DNA of 64,000 bases from Myxococcota bacterium (lineage in GTDB: Bacteria > Myxococcota_A > UBA9160 > UBA6930). The stretch's first letter is position 1, and each line of letters opens with the position of its first letter. The notes below the pieces were generated by a model. The model was given only the letters and a program-made list of their open reading frames with translations. It made no database searches and had not been told where the DNA came from. A program made the position numbers and the translations under genes. Location: the NCBI GenBank assembly GCA_965223415.1, contig OZ245002.1, positions 3,040,001-3,104,000 of the forward strand. Direction: 5' to 3'. Positions 8,650-17,550 of this stretch are shown here, piece by piece.

Positions 8650-10113
8650 ATGACCGATCGACTCCGTACCGAGTCCGGCGCCCCGGTGGCCGACAACCAG
8701 AACTCGCAGAGCGCAGGGCCCGGGGGGGCCCTGCTGCTCCAGGATCAGCATCTGCTCGAGAAGCTGGCCCGCTTCAATCGGGAGCGGATTCCCGAGCGCG
8801 TCGTTCACGCCGTCGGGTCCGGGGCCCACGGCTTCTTCGAGGTCACCAACCCGGATCTCCCCCGCTGGACCCGGATGGCCATGATGCGCGGCCTCGGCGA
8901 GCAGACGGAGGTCTTCGCGCGGTTCTCGACCGTCGCGGGCTCGAAGGGCGCCCCCGATTCGGTGCGGGACCCGCGCGGCTTCGCCGTCAAGTTCTACACG
9001 GAGGAGGGCAACTGGGACCTGGCGGGGAACAACACGCCGATCTTCTTCCTGCGCGATCCGATCAAGTTCCCGGACTTCATCCACAGCCAGAAGTACGACC
9101 CGTTCACGAACCGGCAGGAGCCCGACAACGTGTGGGACTTCTTCTCCCACAGCCCCGAGGCGACCCACCAGTTCACCTGGCTGTTCGGGGACCGCGGCAT
9201 CCCCGCCAGCTACCGGCACATGAACGGCTACGGCTCCCACACCTTCCAGTGGGTCAACGCCGAGGGCGAGCGCCACTGGGTGAAGTTCCACTTCAAGACG
9301 AATCAGGGGGTCCGCTGCCTCGGCGACGAGGAATCGGCGCGAATCGCGGGCGAGAACCCTCAGGCCCACCAGCAGGATCTCCAGGAGGCGATCGAGAGGG
9401 GCGACTTCCCGTCGTGGACCCTGAAGGTGCAGCTCATGCCCGAGGCCCACGCCGCAGCGTATCGCTTCGACCCCTTCGACCTGACGAAGGTCTGGCCCCA
9501 CGCGGACTACCCGCTCGTCGAGGTCGGCACGCTCACGCTGAACCGGAACCCGGAGAACTACTTCGCCGAGGTCGAGCAGGCGGCGTTCGATCCGGGCCAC
9601 TTCGTCCCCGGCGTCGGTCCCTCGCCGGACAAGATGCTGCAGGGGCGGCTCTTCGCCTACGGAGACGCCCACCGCTACCGGCTGGGGATCAACCACACGC
9701 GCCTCCCGGTGAACGCGCCTCGGAGCGTCCCCGGGGGCGTGACCAACTACGGGCGGGACGGATCGATGCGGGTCGACGTTCCGTCCCGACGGGAGAAGAA
9801 CTACGAGCCCAACAGCTTCGACGGGCCGGTGGAGAGCGGAGAGCCCGTGTACGCCGGCCTCGCGGCCTCCGGCGTGTCGGGGAGCTACACGTCCACACGC
9901 CACCCCGAGGACGACGACTACGTGCAGGCCGGGGCGCTCTATCGCCTGATGTCGCGGGAGGAGCGGGAGCGGCTGGTCGGGCGCATCGCCGGGAGCCTCG
10001 GGTCGGTGAGTCGGGACGACATCGTCGCTCGCTCCCTCGCGCACTTCCGCAACGCGGATGCCGAGTACGGCGCGCGGCTGGAGGCGGCGCTCAAGGAGGC
10101 GCGCGCCTCCTAG
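8650..10113 (+). CDS. katA: Monofunctional small-subunit heme catalase
   Basis: FNRERIPERVVHAVGSG, RFSTV, RDPRGFAVKFYTEEGNWD, RLFAYGDAHRYRLG. Confidence 0.97.
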   Translation: MTDRLRTESGAPVADNQNSQSAGPGGALLLQDQHLLEKLARFNRERIPERVVHAVGSGAHGFFEVTNPDLPRWTRMAMMRGLGEQTEVFARFSTVAGSKGAPDSVRDPRGFAVKFYTEEGNWDLAGNNTPIFFLRDPIKFPDFIHSQKYDPFTNRQEPDNVWDFFSHSPEATHQFTWLFGDRGIPASYRHMNGYGSHTFQWVNAEGERHWVKFHFKTNQGVRCLGDEESARIAGENPQAHQQDLQEAIERGDFPSWTLKVQLMPEAHAAAYRFDPFDLTKVWPHADYPLVEVGTLTLNRNPENYFAEVEQAAFDPGHFVPGVGPSPDKMLQGRLFAYGDAHRYRLGINHTRLPVNAPRSVPGGVTNYGRDGSMRVDVPSRREKNYEPNSFDGPVESGEPVYAGLAASGVSGSYTSTRHPEDDDYVQAGALYRLMSREERERLVGRIAGSLGSVSRDDIVARSLAHFRNADAEYGARLEAALKEARAS

Positions 10114-10128
10114 GGCGGAGGGGGCGAG

Positions 10129-10165
10129 GCGTCCGGGCGGGAGCAGTTCCCTTCCGCCCGGACGC
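10129..10165. terminator. GC-rich hairpin between convergent genes
   Basis: GCGTCCGGGCGG / CCGCCCGGACGC 12-bp stem. Confidence 0.55.
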
Positions 10166-10210
10166 TAGGCCCCGAGGGACCGATCCCTCCGCGCAAATCC
10201 TGGCCTCGCC

Positions 10211-10702
10211 CTACAGGTAGCGCGGCACCCTTCGGCGATACGCCGTGTAGGCCTCGCCGTACTGCTCCTCGAGCCAGGGCTCCTCCGCGAAGGGCGCCAG
10301 CAGGAGGACGAGCGCCCTCAGCAGATGGGTCACGGCGACCACGCCCGAGTTCGCGAAGATCGCGACACCGACGAAGAGGAAGAAGTCGCCGACGTACTGC
10401 GGATTCCGGGTGATGAGATAGGGCCCACGAGCGACGAGCCCGTCCGCCAGCCCGGAGGTCTTCTTGGCGCCCAGCGTCACCATGCCCCAGGTGACCAGGG
10501 CAGCGCCCAGGAAGGCCACCGGCAGCGCCAGCCCGAAGCGGAGGGGGCTCGGCCAAACTCCGCTGTTCCAGTCGAGCACCACGAAGGCCGGGTTGCTGAG
10601 GAAGACGAGCCCGAACAGCGCCCACAGCAGGTAGCCCGCGAGAAGTGCGATGTGCGAAAGCAGGTTCACGTACAGCAGGAGCCGAGCCCCGTCGGTGTTC
10701 AT
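10211..10702 (-). CDS. Isoprenylcysteine carboxyl methyltransferase / PEMT-family membrane methyltransferase
   Basis: LVARGPYLITRNPQYVG and EEPWLEEQYGEAYTAYRRRVPRYL. Confidence 0.85.
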   Translation of the reverse strand: MNTDGARLLLYVNLLSHIALLAGYLLWALFGLVFLSNPAFVVLDWNSGVWPSPLRFGLALPVAFLGAALVTWGMVTLGAKKTSGLADGLVARGPYLITRNPQYVGDFFLFVGVAIFANSGVVAVTHLLRALVLLLAPFAEEPWLEEQYGEAYTAYRRRVPRYL

Positions 10703-10722
10703 GCCTCACCTCCGCCAGCGTT

Positions 10723-10750
10723 CAATATATGAATACCTAATCAGATATTG
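10723..10750. promoter_or_regulatory. SmtB/CadC-type (ArsR) operator
   Basis: Imperfect inverted repeat CAATATATGAATACCTAATCAGATATTG; 18/24 identical to the operator upstream of the ArsR gene at 19638-19661. Confidence 0.65.
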
Positions 10751-10774
10751 GTACCAAGCCCCCATTCACAAGAA

Positions 10775-10802
10775 TTGACTGACTGGGTAAGTCATTTATA
10801 TT
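10775..10802 (+). promoter_or_regulatory. Sigma70-like promoter overlapped by a TetR-like palindrome
   Basis: TTGACT-N16-TATATT 6 nt before the ATG; TGACT-N9-AGTCA inverted repeat overlaps it. Confidence 0.55.
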
Positions 10803-10808
10803 GCCCCC

Positions 10809-11504
10809 ATGCCGAGGGCCATCCCTGGAGATCGCTTCCACGACCTGGTCGAGGCTGCCACGAGCGTCTTCCTGGAGCAGGGCTACCGGCGTACCCAGAT
10901 GGCCGACGTCGCAGGGCGCATGGGCGTGGCCAAGGGCACGGTCTACCTCTACGTCGCGAGCAAGGAGGCCCTTTTCGACGCGGTCGTCCGCCACGCCGAC
11001 CGCCCGGAGCGGCTGGCACTGCCCGAGGAGCTGCCCGTGCCGACCCCGTCGCCCGGCGAGACGCTGGAGGCGGTCCGGAAGCGGGTCGCGGAGGCCAGCG
11101 TTCCCACACTCACCGATGCACTCGCCCGGCGGCGCGTCGTGGACGTGCGGGCGGAGCTCGAGGCCATCCTCCACGAGCTGTACCAGCTCCTGGCTCGGCA
11201 CCGCGTCGGCATCAAGCTGCTGGACTCCTGTGCCCAGGACAAGCCGGGGCTCGCCGCCGTCTGGTACGGGGCGGGCCGCGAGGGCGTGCAGGATCTCCTG
11301 CGGCGCTACCTCGAGGATCGCATCCGCCGCGGCCGGCTGGCGCCCCTGGAGGACCGGGCTGTCACGGCTCGCATCGTGCTCGAGACGGCGGTCTTCTGGG
11401 CCGTGCACCGCCACTGGGATCCCTCGCCCCAGGCCGTCGATGAGGAGGCGGCCGAACGTGCCGTCGTGGAGTTCGTCACGCGCGCCCTGCTCAGCGTCCC
11501 CTGA
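10809..11504 (+). CDS. TetR-family transcriptional regulator
   Basis: GYRRTQMADVAGRMGVAKGTVYLYVASKEALF. Confidence 0.9.
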   Translation: MPRAIPGDRFHDLVEAATSVFLEQGYRRTQMADVAGRMGVAKGTVYLYVASKEALFDAVVRHADRPERLALPEELPVPTPSPGETLEAVRKRVAEASVPTLTDALARRRVVDVRAELEAILHELYQLLARHRVGIKLLDSCAQDKPGLAAVWYGAGREGVQDLLRRYLEDRIRRGRLAPLEDRAVTARIVLETAVFWAVHRHWDPSPQAVDEEAAERAVVEFVTRALLSVP

Positions 11505-11523
11505 GCCGGAGGATCCCCCCGCC

Positions 11524-13554
11524 ATGTCGAGCCCTTCCCGAGCGGCGCGAGCGCTCCTCTGCCGGCGTCATTTCTTCCCCCTCCGGGGCCTCGCCGATCG
11601 GCTTCTCGCGATCTCCGGGCTCCTCCTCGTCTCGTTCGCAGGGCCCAGTTCTCACGGGAGCGAGCCGCTGGCTCACGGCGGGTCCGTCGCCGGCTGGCCC
11701 GCCTACGGCTCGGACCCCGCCGGCACCCGCCATTCGCCCCTGCGGCAGCTCCATCCCGGCAACGTGGATCGGCTCGAAGTCGCGTGGAGCGTGCGGACCG
11801 GCGATCTGGACGCCGAGCCGCCTCCTCCCCCGCACATGGCCTTCCAGGCGACGCCGATCCTGGTGGACGGACGTCTGTTGGTGCCGACGCCGCTCGGGCG
11901 GGTGCTGGCGCTCGACCCGGAGACGGGAGAGGAGATCTGGCGCTTCACGAGCACGGTCCGCGGTCACGAGTACCCGGAGTACACCTCCCGGGGCGTCGCG
12001 GCCTGGCTCGATCCCGATCGGCGGCCGGGGGCGTCCTGCCGGCGGCGGATCTTCGCCGCGACGGTCGATTCCCGGCTCTTCGCCATCGACGGCGCGACCG
12101 GGAATCCCTGCCCGGACTTCGGCTCCGACGGTCAGGTCTCCCTGCGCGAGGGCGTCGGTGAGCTGCGCCCCTGGGACTACGCGACGAGCTCGCCTCCCGT
12201 GGTCGCGGGAGACCTCGTCGTCATCGGCTCCGCCATCGGCGACAACCAACGGGTCGACGCGCCGCGCGGCGTCGTGCGCGCCTACGACGCGCGAAGTGGT
12301 GCTCTCCGCTGGCACTGGGATCCGGTTCCGCGGGCCGCCGGCGACCCCCAGCATGCGAGCTGGAGACCGAGCGCCGCGGAGCGCACGGGTGCCGCCAATG
12401 CGTGGGCGCCGCTCTCGGTGGACGCGGAGCGGGACCTGCTCTTCGTCCCGACGAGCAGCCCGAGCCCCGACTACTACGGGGGCGAGCGACCCGGCGACAA
12501 CCGCTATGCAAATTCCGTCGTGGCGCTTCGCGCCAGCACGGGAGAAGTGGTCTGGCACTTCCAGGTGGTTCACCACGATCTCTGGGACTACGACGTGCCC
12601 GCGCAGCCCACGCTCACCACGGTCCGGCGTGAGGGGTGGGAGGTTCCGGTCGTCGTACAGGCCACGAAGATGGGCCACCTCTTCGTCCTGCATCGGGAGA
12701 CGGGCGATCCGGTCTTCGATGTCGAGGAGAGGCCGGTGCCCCCGTCCGACGTCCCCGGGGAGACCGCCTCGCCCACACAGCCCTTCCCGGTGATTCCCGC
12801 GCCGCTGGTCCCGCAGCTCCTGCGTCCGGACGAGGCCTGGGGCCTCACGCCCTGGGATCGGGGCCGCTGTCGAGAGCGCCTGGAGCGCCTTCGCTTCGAC
12901 GGGATCTTCACGCCGCCGGGCCTCGAGGGGACGCTTCTTTACCCCGGCTACTCGGGCGGGACCAACTGGGGCGGTGTCGCCATCGATCCCGTTCGTCGGG
13001 CCGTGATCGTGAACTCCACCAACCTGGCGTTCGAGATCCGGTTGATCCCACGGGAGAGCTTCGAGGCTGAGAAGGCGGCGGGCCAGGCGATGGTGCGCGA
13101 GTTCGCTCCCCAGGCGGGCACGCCCTACGGGATGACCCGCGAGCCGATCCTCTCGCCGTTCTTCCTGCCCTGCAATCCGCCGCCGTGGGGAACGCTGGCC
13201 GCGATCTCCCTCGACACCGGCGAGCGGCTCTGGGAGAGCCCGCTCGGCACCGTGCCCGATCGGATCCCGTTTCCGATCCCCGTCGACCTGGGCCTTCCGA
13301 ACCTGGGAGGGCCGATGGTGACGGCGGGCGGTCTGGTGTTCATCGGGGCCGCGATGGACAGCTACTTGCGGGCCTACGACGCCGCCACCGGTGAGGAGCT
13401 CTGGAAGGACCGCCTCCCCGCCGGCGGCAACGCCACCCCGATGACCTATCGGCTCGGGCCCGAGAGCCGGCAGTTCGTCGTGATCGCCGCCGGTGGCCAC
13501 GGGAAGCTGGGCACGCGCCGAGGCGATTCGATCGTGGCGTACGCGCTGCCCTAG
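11524..13554 (+). CDS. PQQ-dependent dehydrogenase (glucose/quinate/shikimate-like)
   Basis: FQATP, VVHHDLWDYDVPAQP, GGTNWGG, GGPMVTAGGLVFIG, GNATPMTY, AAGGHG; short hydrophobic N-terminus; start approximate. Confidence 0.9.
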   Translation: MSSPSRAARALLCRRHFFPLRGLADRLLAISGLLLVSFAGPSSHGSEPLAHGGSVAGWPAYGSDPAGTRHSPLRQLHPGNVDRLEVAWSVRTGDLDAEPPPPPHMAFQATPILVDGRLLVPTPLGRVLALDPETGEEIWRFTSTVRGHEYPEYTSRGVAAWLDPDRRPGASCRRRIFAATVDSRLFAIDGATGNPCPDFGSDGQVSLREGVGELRPWDYATSSPPVVAGDLVVIGSAIGDNQRVDAPRGVVRAYDARSGALRWHWDPVPRAAGDPQHASWRPSAAERTGAANAWAPLSVDAERDLLFVPTSSPSPDYYGGERPGDNRYANSVVALRASTGEVVWHFQVVHHDLWDYDVPAQPTLTTVRREGWEVPVVVQATKMGHLFVLHRETGDPVFDVEERPVPPSDVPGETASPTQPFPVIPAPLVPQLLRPDEAWGLTPWDRGRCRERLERLRFDGIFTPPGLEGTLLYPGYSGGTNWGGVAIDPVRRAVIVNSTNLAFEIRLIPRESFEAEKAAGQAMVREFAPQAGTPYGMTREPILSPFFLPCNPPPWGTLAAISLDTGERLWESPLGTVPDRIPFPIPVDLGLPNLGGPMVTAGGLVFIGAAMDSYLRAYDAATGEELWKDRLPAGGNATPMTYRLGPESRQFVVIAAGGHGKLGTRRGDSIVAYALP

Positions 13555-13585
13555 ACTGTCCACGTCGACCGCCCGGAGGTTCGCC

Positions 13586-14539
13586 ATGAGTGCGCCCTAC
13601 GTCCTCGCCCCCGAGTTCGCCAAGCAGCCCAGCTTCACGCTCCCCGCCAATCGCTTGCTGCTCCGGGGCTTCAACCTGCTCCTCAAGCTGCAGCACCGCG
13701 GCTTCACCTGGGGCGCCGGGGTTCGCGTTCGCGAGCACACGGTGCGGGGTGGCGAGGGCCACGCCCTCCGCGTCTGGGAGATCGCCCCGGAGGATCTCTC
13801 CGGGCCGGCGCCGGCCCTGGTCGACTACCACGGCGGCGGCTTCTTCCTCTCCTACGCGCCGCTTCACCTCACCGTCACGGAGCGCTACGCCCGGGAGGGC
13901 CGCTGCAGGGTGTTCTTCCCCGACTACCGGCTCTCGATCGGCCATCCCTTCCCCGCCGCCTTCGACGACTGCTACGACACCCTGGCCTGGGTGCACGCCA
14001 ACGCCGCCGAGCTCGGGGTCGACCCGGCCCGGGTCGCCCTGATCGGTGACAGTGCGGGCGGGGCGCTCGCGGCGGGCGTCGCCCAGAAGGCGGTGGACCG
14101 GAACGAGAATCCGGTGTGCGCGCAGATCCTGATCTACTCGGTGACCGACCACGAGACCAAGACCGACTCGGCGCTCCGCTTCGACGACACCCCCTTCTGG
14201 AAGACCGCCTCCAACCGGAACATGTGGAAGGTCTACCTGCGCGACACGGACTACGGGCGGAGCGGCGGCGCGAAGCCCGTTCCGGCCTACGCCGCGCCCC
14301 TCCACCGCGAGGAGTTCGCAGGGCTGCCGCCGGCCTGGGTCGAGGTGGCGGAGTACGACCCCCTGCGCGACGAGGGCCTGCAGTACGCCGAGGCGCTCGG
14401 GGCCGCCGGGGTCCCGGTGGAGACGCGCGAGGTCGAGGCCGCGATCCATGGCTACGATCTGGTCGAGGACAGCCCCACCGCCGGGGCCATCTTCAAGGAG
14501 CGCATGGCCGCGATCCAGCGCTTCTTCGACCGGCCCTAG
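13586..14539 (+). CDS. HSL-family alpha/beta hydrolase (esterase)
   Basis: HGGG oxyanion motif, GDSAGG, EYDPLRDEG, HGY. Confidence 0.92.
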   Translation: MSAPYVLAPEFAKQPSFTLPANRLLLRGFNLLLKLQHRGFTWGAGVRVREHTVRGGEGHALRVWEIAPEDLSGPAPALVDYHGGGFFLSYAPLHLTVTERYAREGRCRVFFPDYRLSIGHPFPAAFDDCYDTLAWVHANAAELGVDPARVALIGDSAGGALAAGVAQKAVDRNENPVCAQILIYSVTDHETKTDSALRFDDTPFWKTASNRNMWKVYLRDTDYGRSGGAKPVPAYAAPLHREEFAGLPPAWVEVAEYDPLRDEGLQYAEALGAAGVPVETREVEAAIHGYDLVEDSPTAGAIFKERMAAIQRFFDRP

Positions 14540-14572
14540 CCGCGACGCAATACCGGAGACGAGGACCACCGG

Positions 14573-15529
14573 ATGCCCCACACCTCCAAACCCCCGCTGC
14601 TCCTGCACGACGTCATCGAAGATCGCGCTGCGGTCGTCGGACTGCTCGAGCGGGGCGCACCCTACCATCCCCTCGGCGGCTGGTTCCGTCCGGACCAGGA
14701 AGCCGCGGAGGCGACGTCGCCCCTCTGGTTCCAGCAGACCTGGATGGATCCCCAGGCGGCGATGGAGGGGTCGGAGCTCTTCGTCTGGCACGAGCGCGTC
14801 ACCGCCGCCGCGCGCGACTTCTACGATGCCGAGGTGGTCGTTCCGCACACCCTGTTCGTGAATCTGATGCCCGCGCTCTCGCGCTGCGGCCCTTGCCACA
14901 CCGACAACCCGTTCTTCCGCGGTCGTGATCGCAGCAACACGCCCATGTTCCTGTTGCGCCGGATGTTCTGGTCGGGTCTCTTCGACCGCTGGGCGACGGC
15001 CCAGGCTACCTCGATCTGGTGGATGGACGACGTCGAGGGGGGCGGGCTCGCCTACTGGCCCGACGGCCCCGACAAGCCGCCGCAACGTCACGCGAGCCCG
15101 ATGGCGAACACGGCGCTGGTCGGCGACAACCACGGCATGTTCCACCAGGTGGAGCCGGTGGGACCCGCCGGTGCAGGAGACCTGCTCGTCACGCCGAACG
15201 CCGCGCTCGAGCCCGCCGCCGACGGAAGCGGCGATTGGGTCGTGAACGACGGCGGGGCCGAGTGCTACCGGGCGCCCCTCGAGGCGATCCGCGTGAGCGT
15301 GCTCTGGAAGGCGCACGTCTATCCGAGCGAGGCGGAGCGGCGCCGGCTCGCGGACGACACCCTCTCCCTGGAGGACGTGGCGCGGCTCTTCAACGAGGAC
15401 CTGGCCGAGCGCGACGTCGACCTGCGCTGCGATCCGAGCCGGCTCGACGACCTGGCGCTGCTGCAGGCCCTGGCCGAGATCTACCCCGATCCCGTTCCGG
15501 TCGGCGCCCGTCCGAGCATCTTCGACTAA
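14573..15529 (+). CDS. Hypothetical protein, possible Fe(II)/2OG oxygenase fold
   Basis: HTD...FHQV spacing compatible with an HxD...H triad; coding-like codon usage. Confidence 0.55.
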   Translation: MPHTSKPPLLLHDVIEDRAAVVGLLERGAPYHPLGGWFRPDQEAAEATSPLWFQQTWMDPQAAMEGSELFVWHERVTAAARDFYDAEVVVPHTLFVNLMPALSRCGPCHTDNPFFRGRDRSNTPMFLLRRMFWSGLFDRWATAQATSIWWMDDVEGGGLAYWPDGPDKPPQRHASPMANTALVGDNHGMFHQVEPVGPAGAGDLLVTPNAALEPAADGSGDWVVNDGGAECYRAPLEAIRVSVLWKAHVYPSEAERRRLADDTLSLEDVARLFNEDLAERDVDLRCDPSRLDDLALLQALAEIYPDPVPVGARPSIFD

Positions 15530-15604
15530 GAAGACTCCGGAGCCCCCGTCGCGCCCCGCCCGGACGCCGACAACCGTGTTCGGGGGCCTTCCGTCTCCCT
15601 CCCG

Positions 15605-16195
15605 TCAACTGCGCTCGAACAGGCTCAGGAACTGCGGAGTCAGAAGGAGCGAGAACTCGCTGCTGCAGTGACGCAGGGGTGTCGCCTCGGCGAAGCGACG
15701 CACCCGGCGGGGCGTCAGGCGGTGTCGGTGGAGCTCGCCCGCGCGGAAAGGGTTCCCGAACAAGCGCCAGGCGGAAGGGGCCGAATAGAGCCCGCGAACG
15801 GGCTCGGCGGGGTAGACCAGGAGCAGGCGCCCACCGGGCCGGAGGAGGCGAGCCATCTCGACCAGCGCGGCCGACGGATCGACCAAGTGCTCGATGGTGT
15901 GGAACGAGTATATCTTGTCGAACGACGCGCTCCCGAACGCGGTCGACTCGAGGTCCATCACGTGGGTCTGCTCGGCAACGCCGTGGCGAACGGCCTCCGG
16001 GTTCACGTCGATTCCGATCGCACCGGGGCAGTTTGCCTGCACCTTCCGGAGCAGGAAGCCGCGCCCACAGCCGAGCTCGAGCACGCGATCGTCGTGCGCC
16101 GGCGCCAGCAGGCGCTGCACGCGCCGCAGGTGCCGGCCGGTCTCGATCGGCGTGTTCATCAGCGCGTAGGTCTCGGAGGCGTACGCGCGTGACAT
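15605..16195 (-). CDS. Class I SAM-dependent methyltransferase
   Basis: VLELGCGRG, GIDVN, SFDKIYSFHTIEHL, LLRPGG. Confidence 0.85.
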   Translation of the reverse strand: MSRAYASETYALMNTPIETGRHLRRVQRLLAPAHDDRVLELGCGRGFLLRKVQANCPGAIGIDVNPEAVRHGVAEQTHVMDLESTAFGSASFDKIYSFHTIEHLVDPSAALVEMARLLRPGGRLLLVYPAEPVRGLYSAPSAWRLFGNPFRAGELHRHRLTPRRVRRFAEATPLRHCSSEFSLLLTPQFLSLFERS

Positions 16196-16450
16196 GAAGC
16201 GCCTCCGTGTCCTCTGCGTGCAGCCATGCGATCGGTTCGGCGGGGACGAGCGCCAGCTCGTGACCAGCGTACCCCGCCTGGCCGAGCACGGCATCGACGC
16301 GCGACGCCCTTCGCCTGGGCCGCGGCGACGCCGGACTTCCTCCAGGACACAGGTCTGGAGCCACCGGTGTTCTGGCTCGAATGGATGGCACCGTTGGGCC
16401 ATCGGGATCTCGTGGCACACCAGGGGCGAAAGGACCATCCGGCCGAATGA
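16194..16450 (+). pseudogene. Remnant of a GT4-type glycosyltransferase N-terminus
   Basis: MKRLRVLCVQPCDRFGGDERQLVTSVPRLAEHGIDA resembles GT-B N-termini; protein-like sequence continues briefly in another frame and then ends. Confidence 0.45.
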
Positions 16451-16465
16451 CGGCCGCGGCGCGCG

Positions 16466-16945
16466 TCACCCTTCGCCCGGCCGACCCAGAGAGTTCCGAA
16501 CGGAGAGGTACAGCATGACGACGGCGAACCCCAGCTTCGGCAGTGCGCCGAGCTTCCCCGGAGGCGTGTGCTCAACGTAGACCGGATCGATCGGATGCAG
16601 CGCGCCGACGACGAAGCCGAAGCAGGACTCCACGACCAGGAAAGCGAACATCAGGGGGATCAGGCTCCGGTAGCGCCAGAGGACGATGCCGTAGACGATC
16701 ACGAACAACATCTGGACCATGCCGCCGTTCGCGCTGAACAGGTAGATGAGGTTGTTCGGGTCCGGGTCGCCCTCGAAGACGATGATGCTCGCGATCGAGT
16801 TGACGCCGCTGTCCGGTGCCAGGAAGTGGACCGTGGAACGGAACAGCATCACCGCCACCAGCAAGCAGAAGCCGTAGAAGGGGATGGCACCGCCGCGGTA
16901 GTCGTTGTCCGCCTCTCGGGGTAGGAGGACGCCCGGGGTGCTCAT
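16466..16945 (-). CDS. Hypothetical membrane protein (paralog A)
   Basis: About 4 TM; NDYRGG, HFLAPDSGVNSIASIIVFEGDPDP, LWRYRSLIPLM, HTPPG. Confidence 0.8.
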   Translation of the reverse strand: MSTPGVLLPREADNDYRGGAIPFYGFCLLVAVMLFRSTVHFLAPDSGVNSIASIIVFEGDPDPNNLIYLFSANGGMVQMLFVIVYGIVLWRYRSLIPLMFAFLVVESCFGFVVGALHPIDPVYVEHTPPGKLGALPKLGFAVVMLYLSVRNSLGRPGEG

Positions 16946-17418
16946 GCGGGCTCCTCCGCCGCCTTCCGGACCGCGAGGAGGAACAGGCCGCCGATCAACA
17001 GGAGCTTCGGTCCCCGGACCAGCATCGCCGGGGGCGTGCGCTCGAAGTACTCGGGGGTGAGCGGGTGCATCGCAGTCACCACGAAACCGAAGACCATGCC
17101 CAGGAGCATCAATGCGAGCATCAGGGGCACGAGGCTCCTGTACCGCCAGAGCACGATCCCGTAGAGGAGAACGAATAGCATCTCGTGCATGCCCGCGATC
17201 GATGCGAACATGTGGGCGATCGGAGTCGGGTCGGGATCCCCTTCGAACACGATGATGCTCGCGATGGTGTTCTTGCCGCCGTCGGGCGTGAGGAAGTGGA
17301 CCGTAGCGCTGAAGAGCTGCTCGGCGACCAGGAAGCAGAAGCCGTAGAGGGCGATCGCACCGCCGCGATACTCGTTGCCCGCCCGTCGCGGGACGATGAC
17401 CTCGAGGATCTCCGTCAT
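16942..17418 (-). CDS. Hypothetical membrane protein (paralog B)
   Basis: About 4 TM; NEYRGG, HFLTPDGGKNTIASIIVFEGDPDP, LWRYRSLVPLM, RTPPA; ATGA overlap with paralog A. Confidence 0.8.
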   Translation of the reverse strand: MTEILEVIVPRRAGNEYRGGAIALYGFCFLVAEQLFSATVHFLTPDGGKNTIASIIVFEGDPDPTPIAHMFASIAGMHEMLFVLLYGIVLWRYRSLVPLMLALMLLGMVFGFVVTAMHPLTPEYFERTPPAMLVRGPKLLLIGGLFLLAVRKAAEEPA

Positions 17419-17550
17419 CCGTGCGCTCCATCCTGCGGTATGCGCTGATGGATGGCAATCTCGCATCTCGAAGAAGCACTTCCGGTAGGATCGCCAGCCA
17501 GTGACCGTTCGTGAGGCCATGCAGGAGCACTCGAGTCGGACCGGGCGATC

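Noticed and set aside
10801..11523. N-terminal extension of the PQQ dehydrogenase ORF (917 aa)
   Set aside because: Overlaps the TetR gene in another frame; the likely start is near 11524
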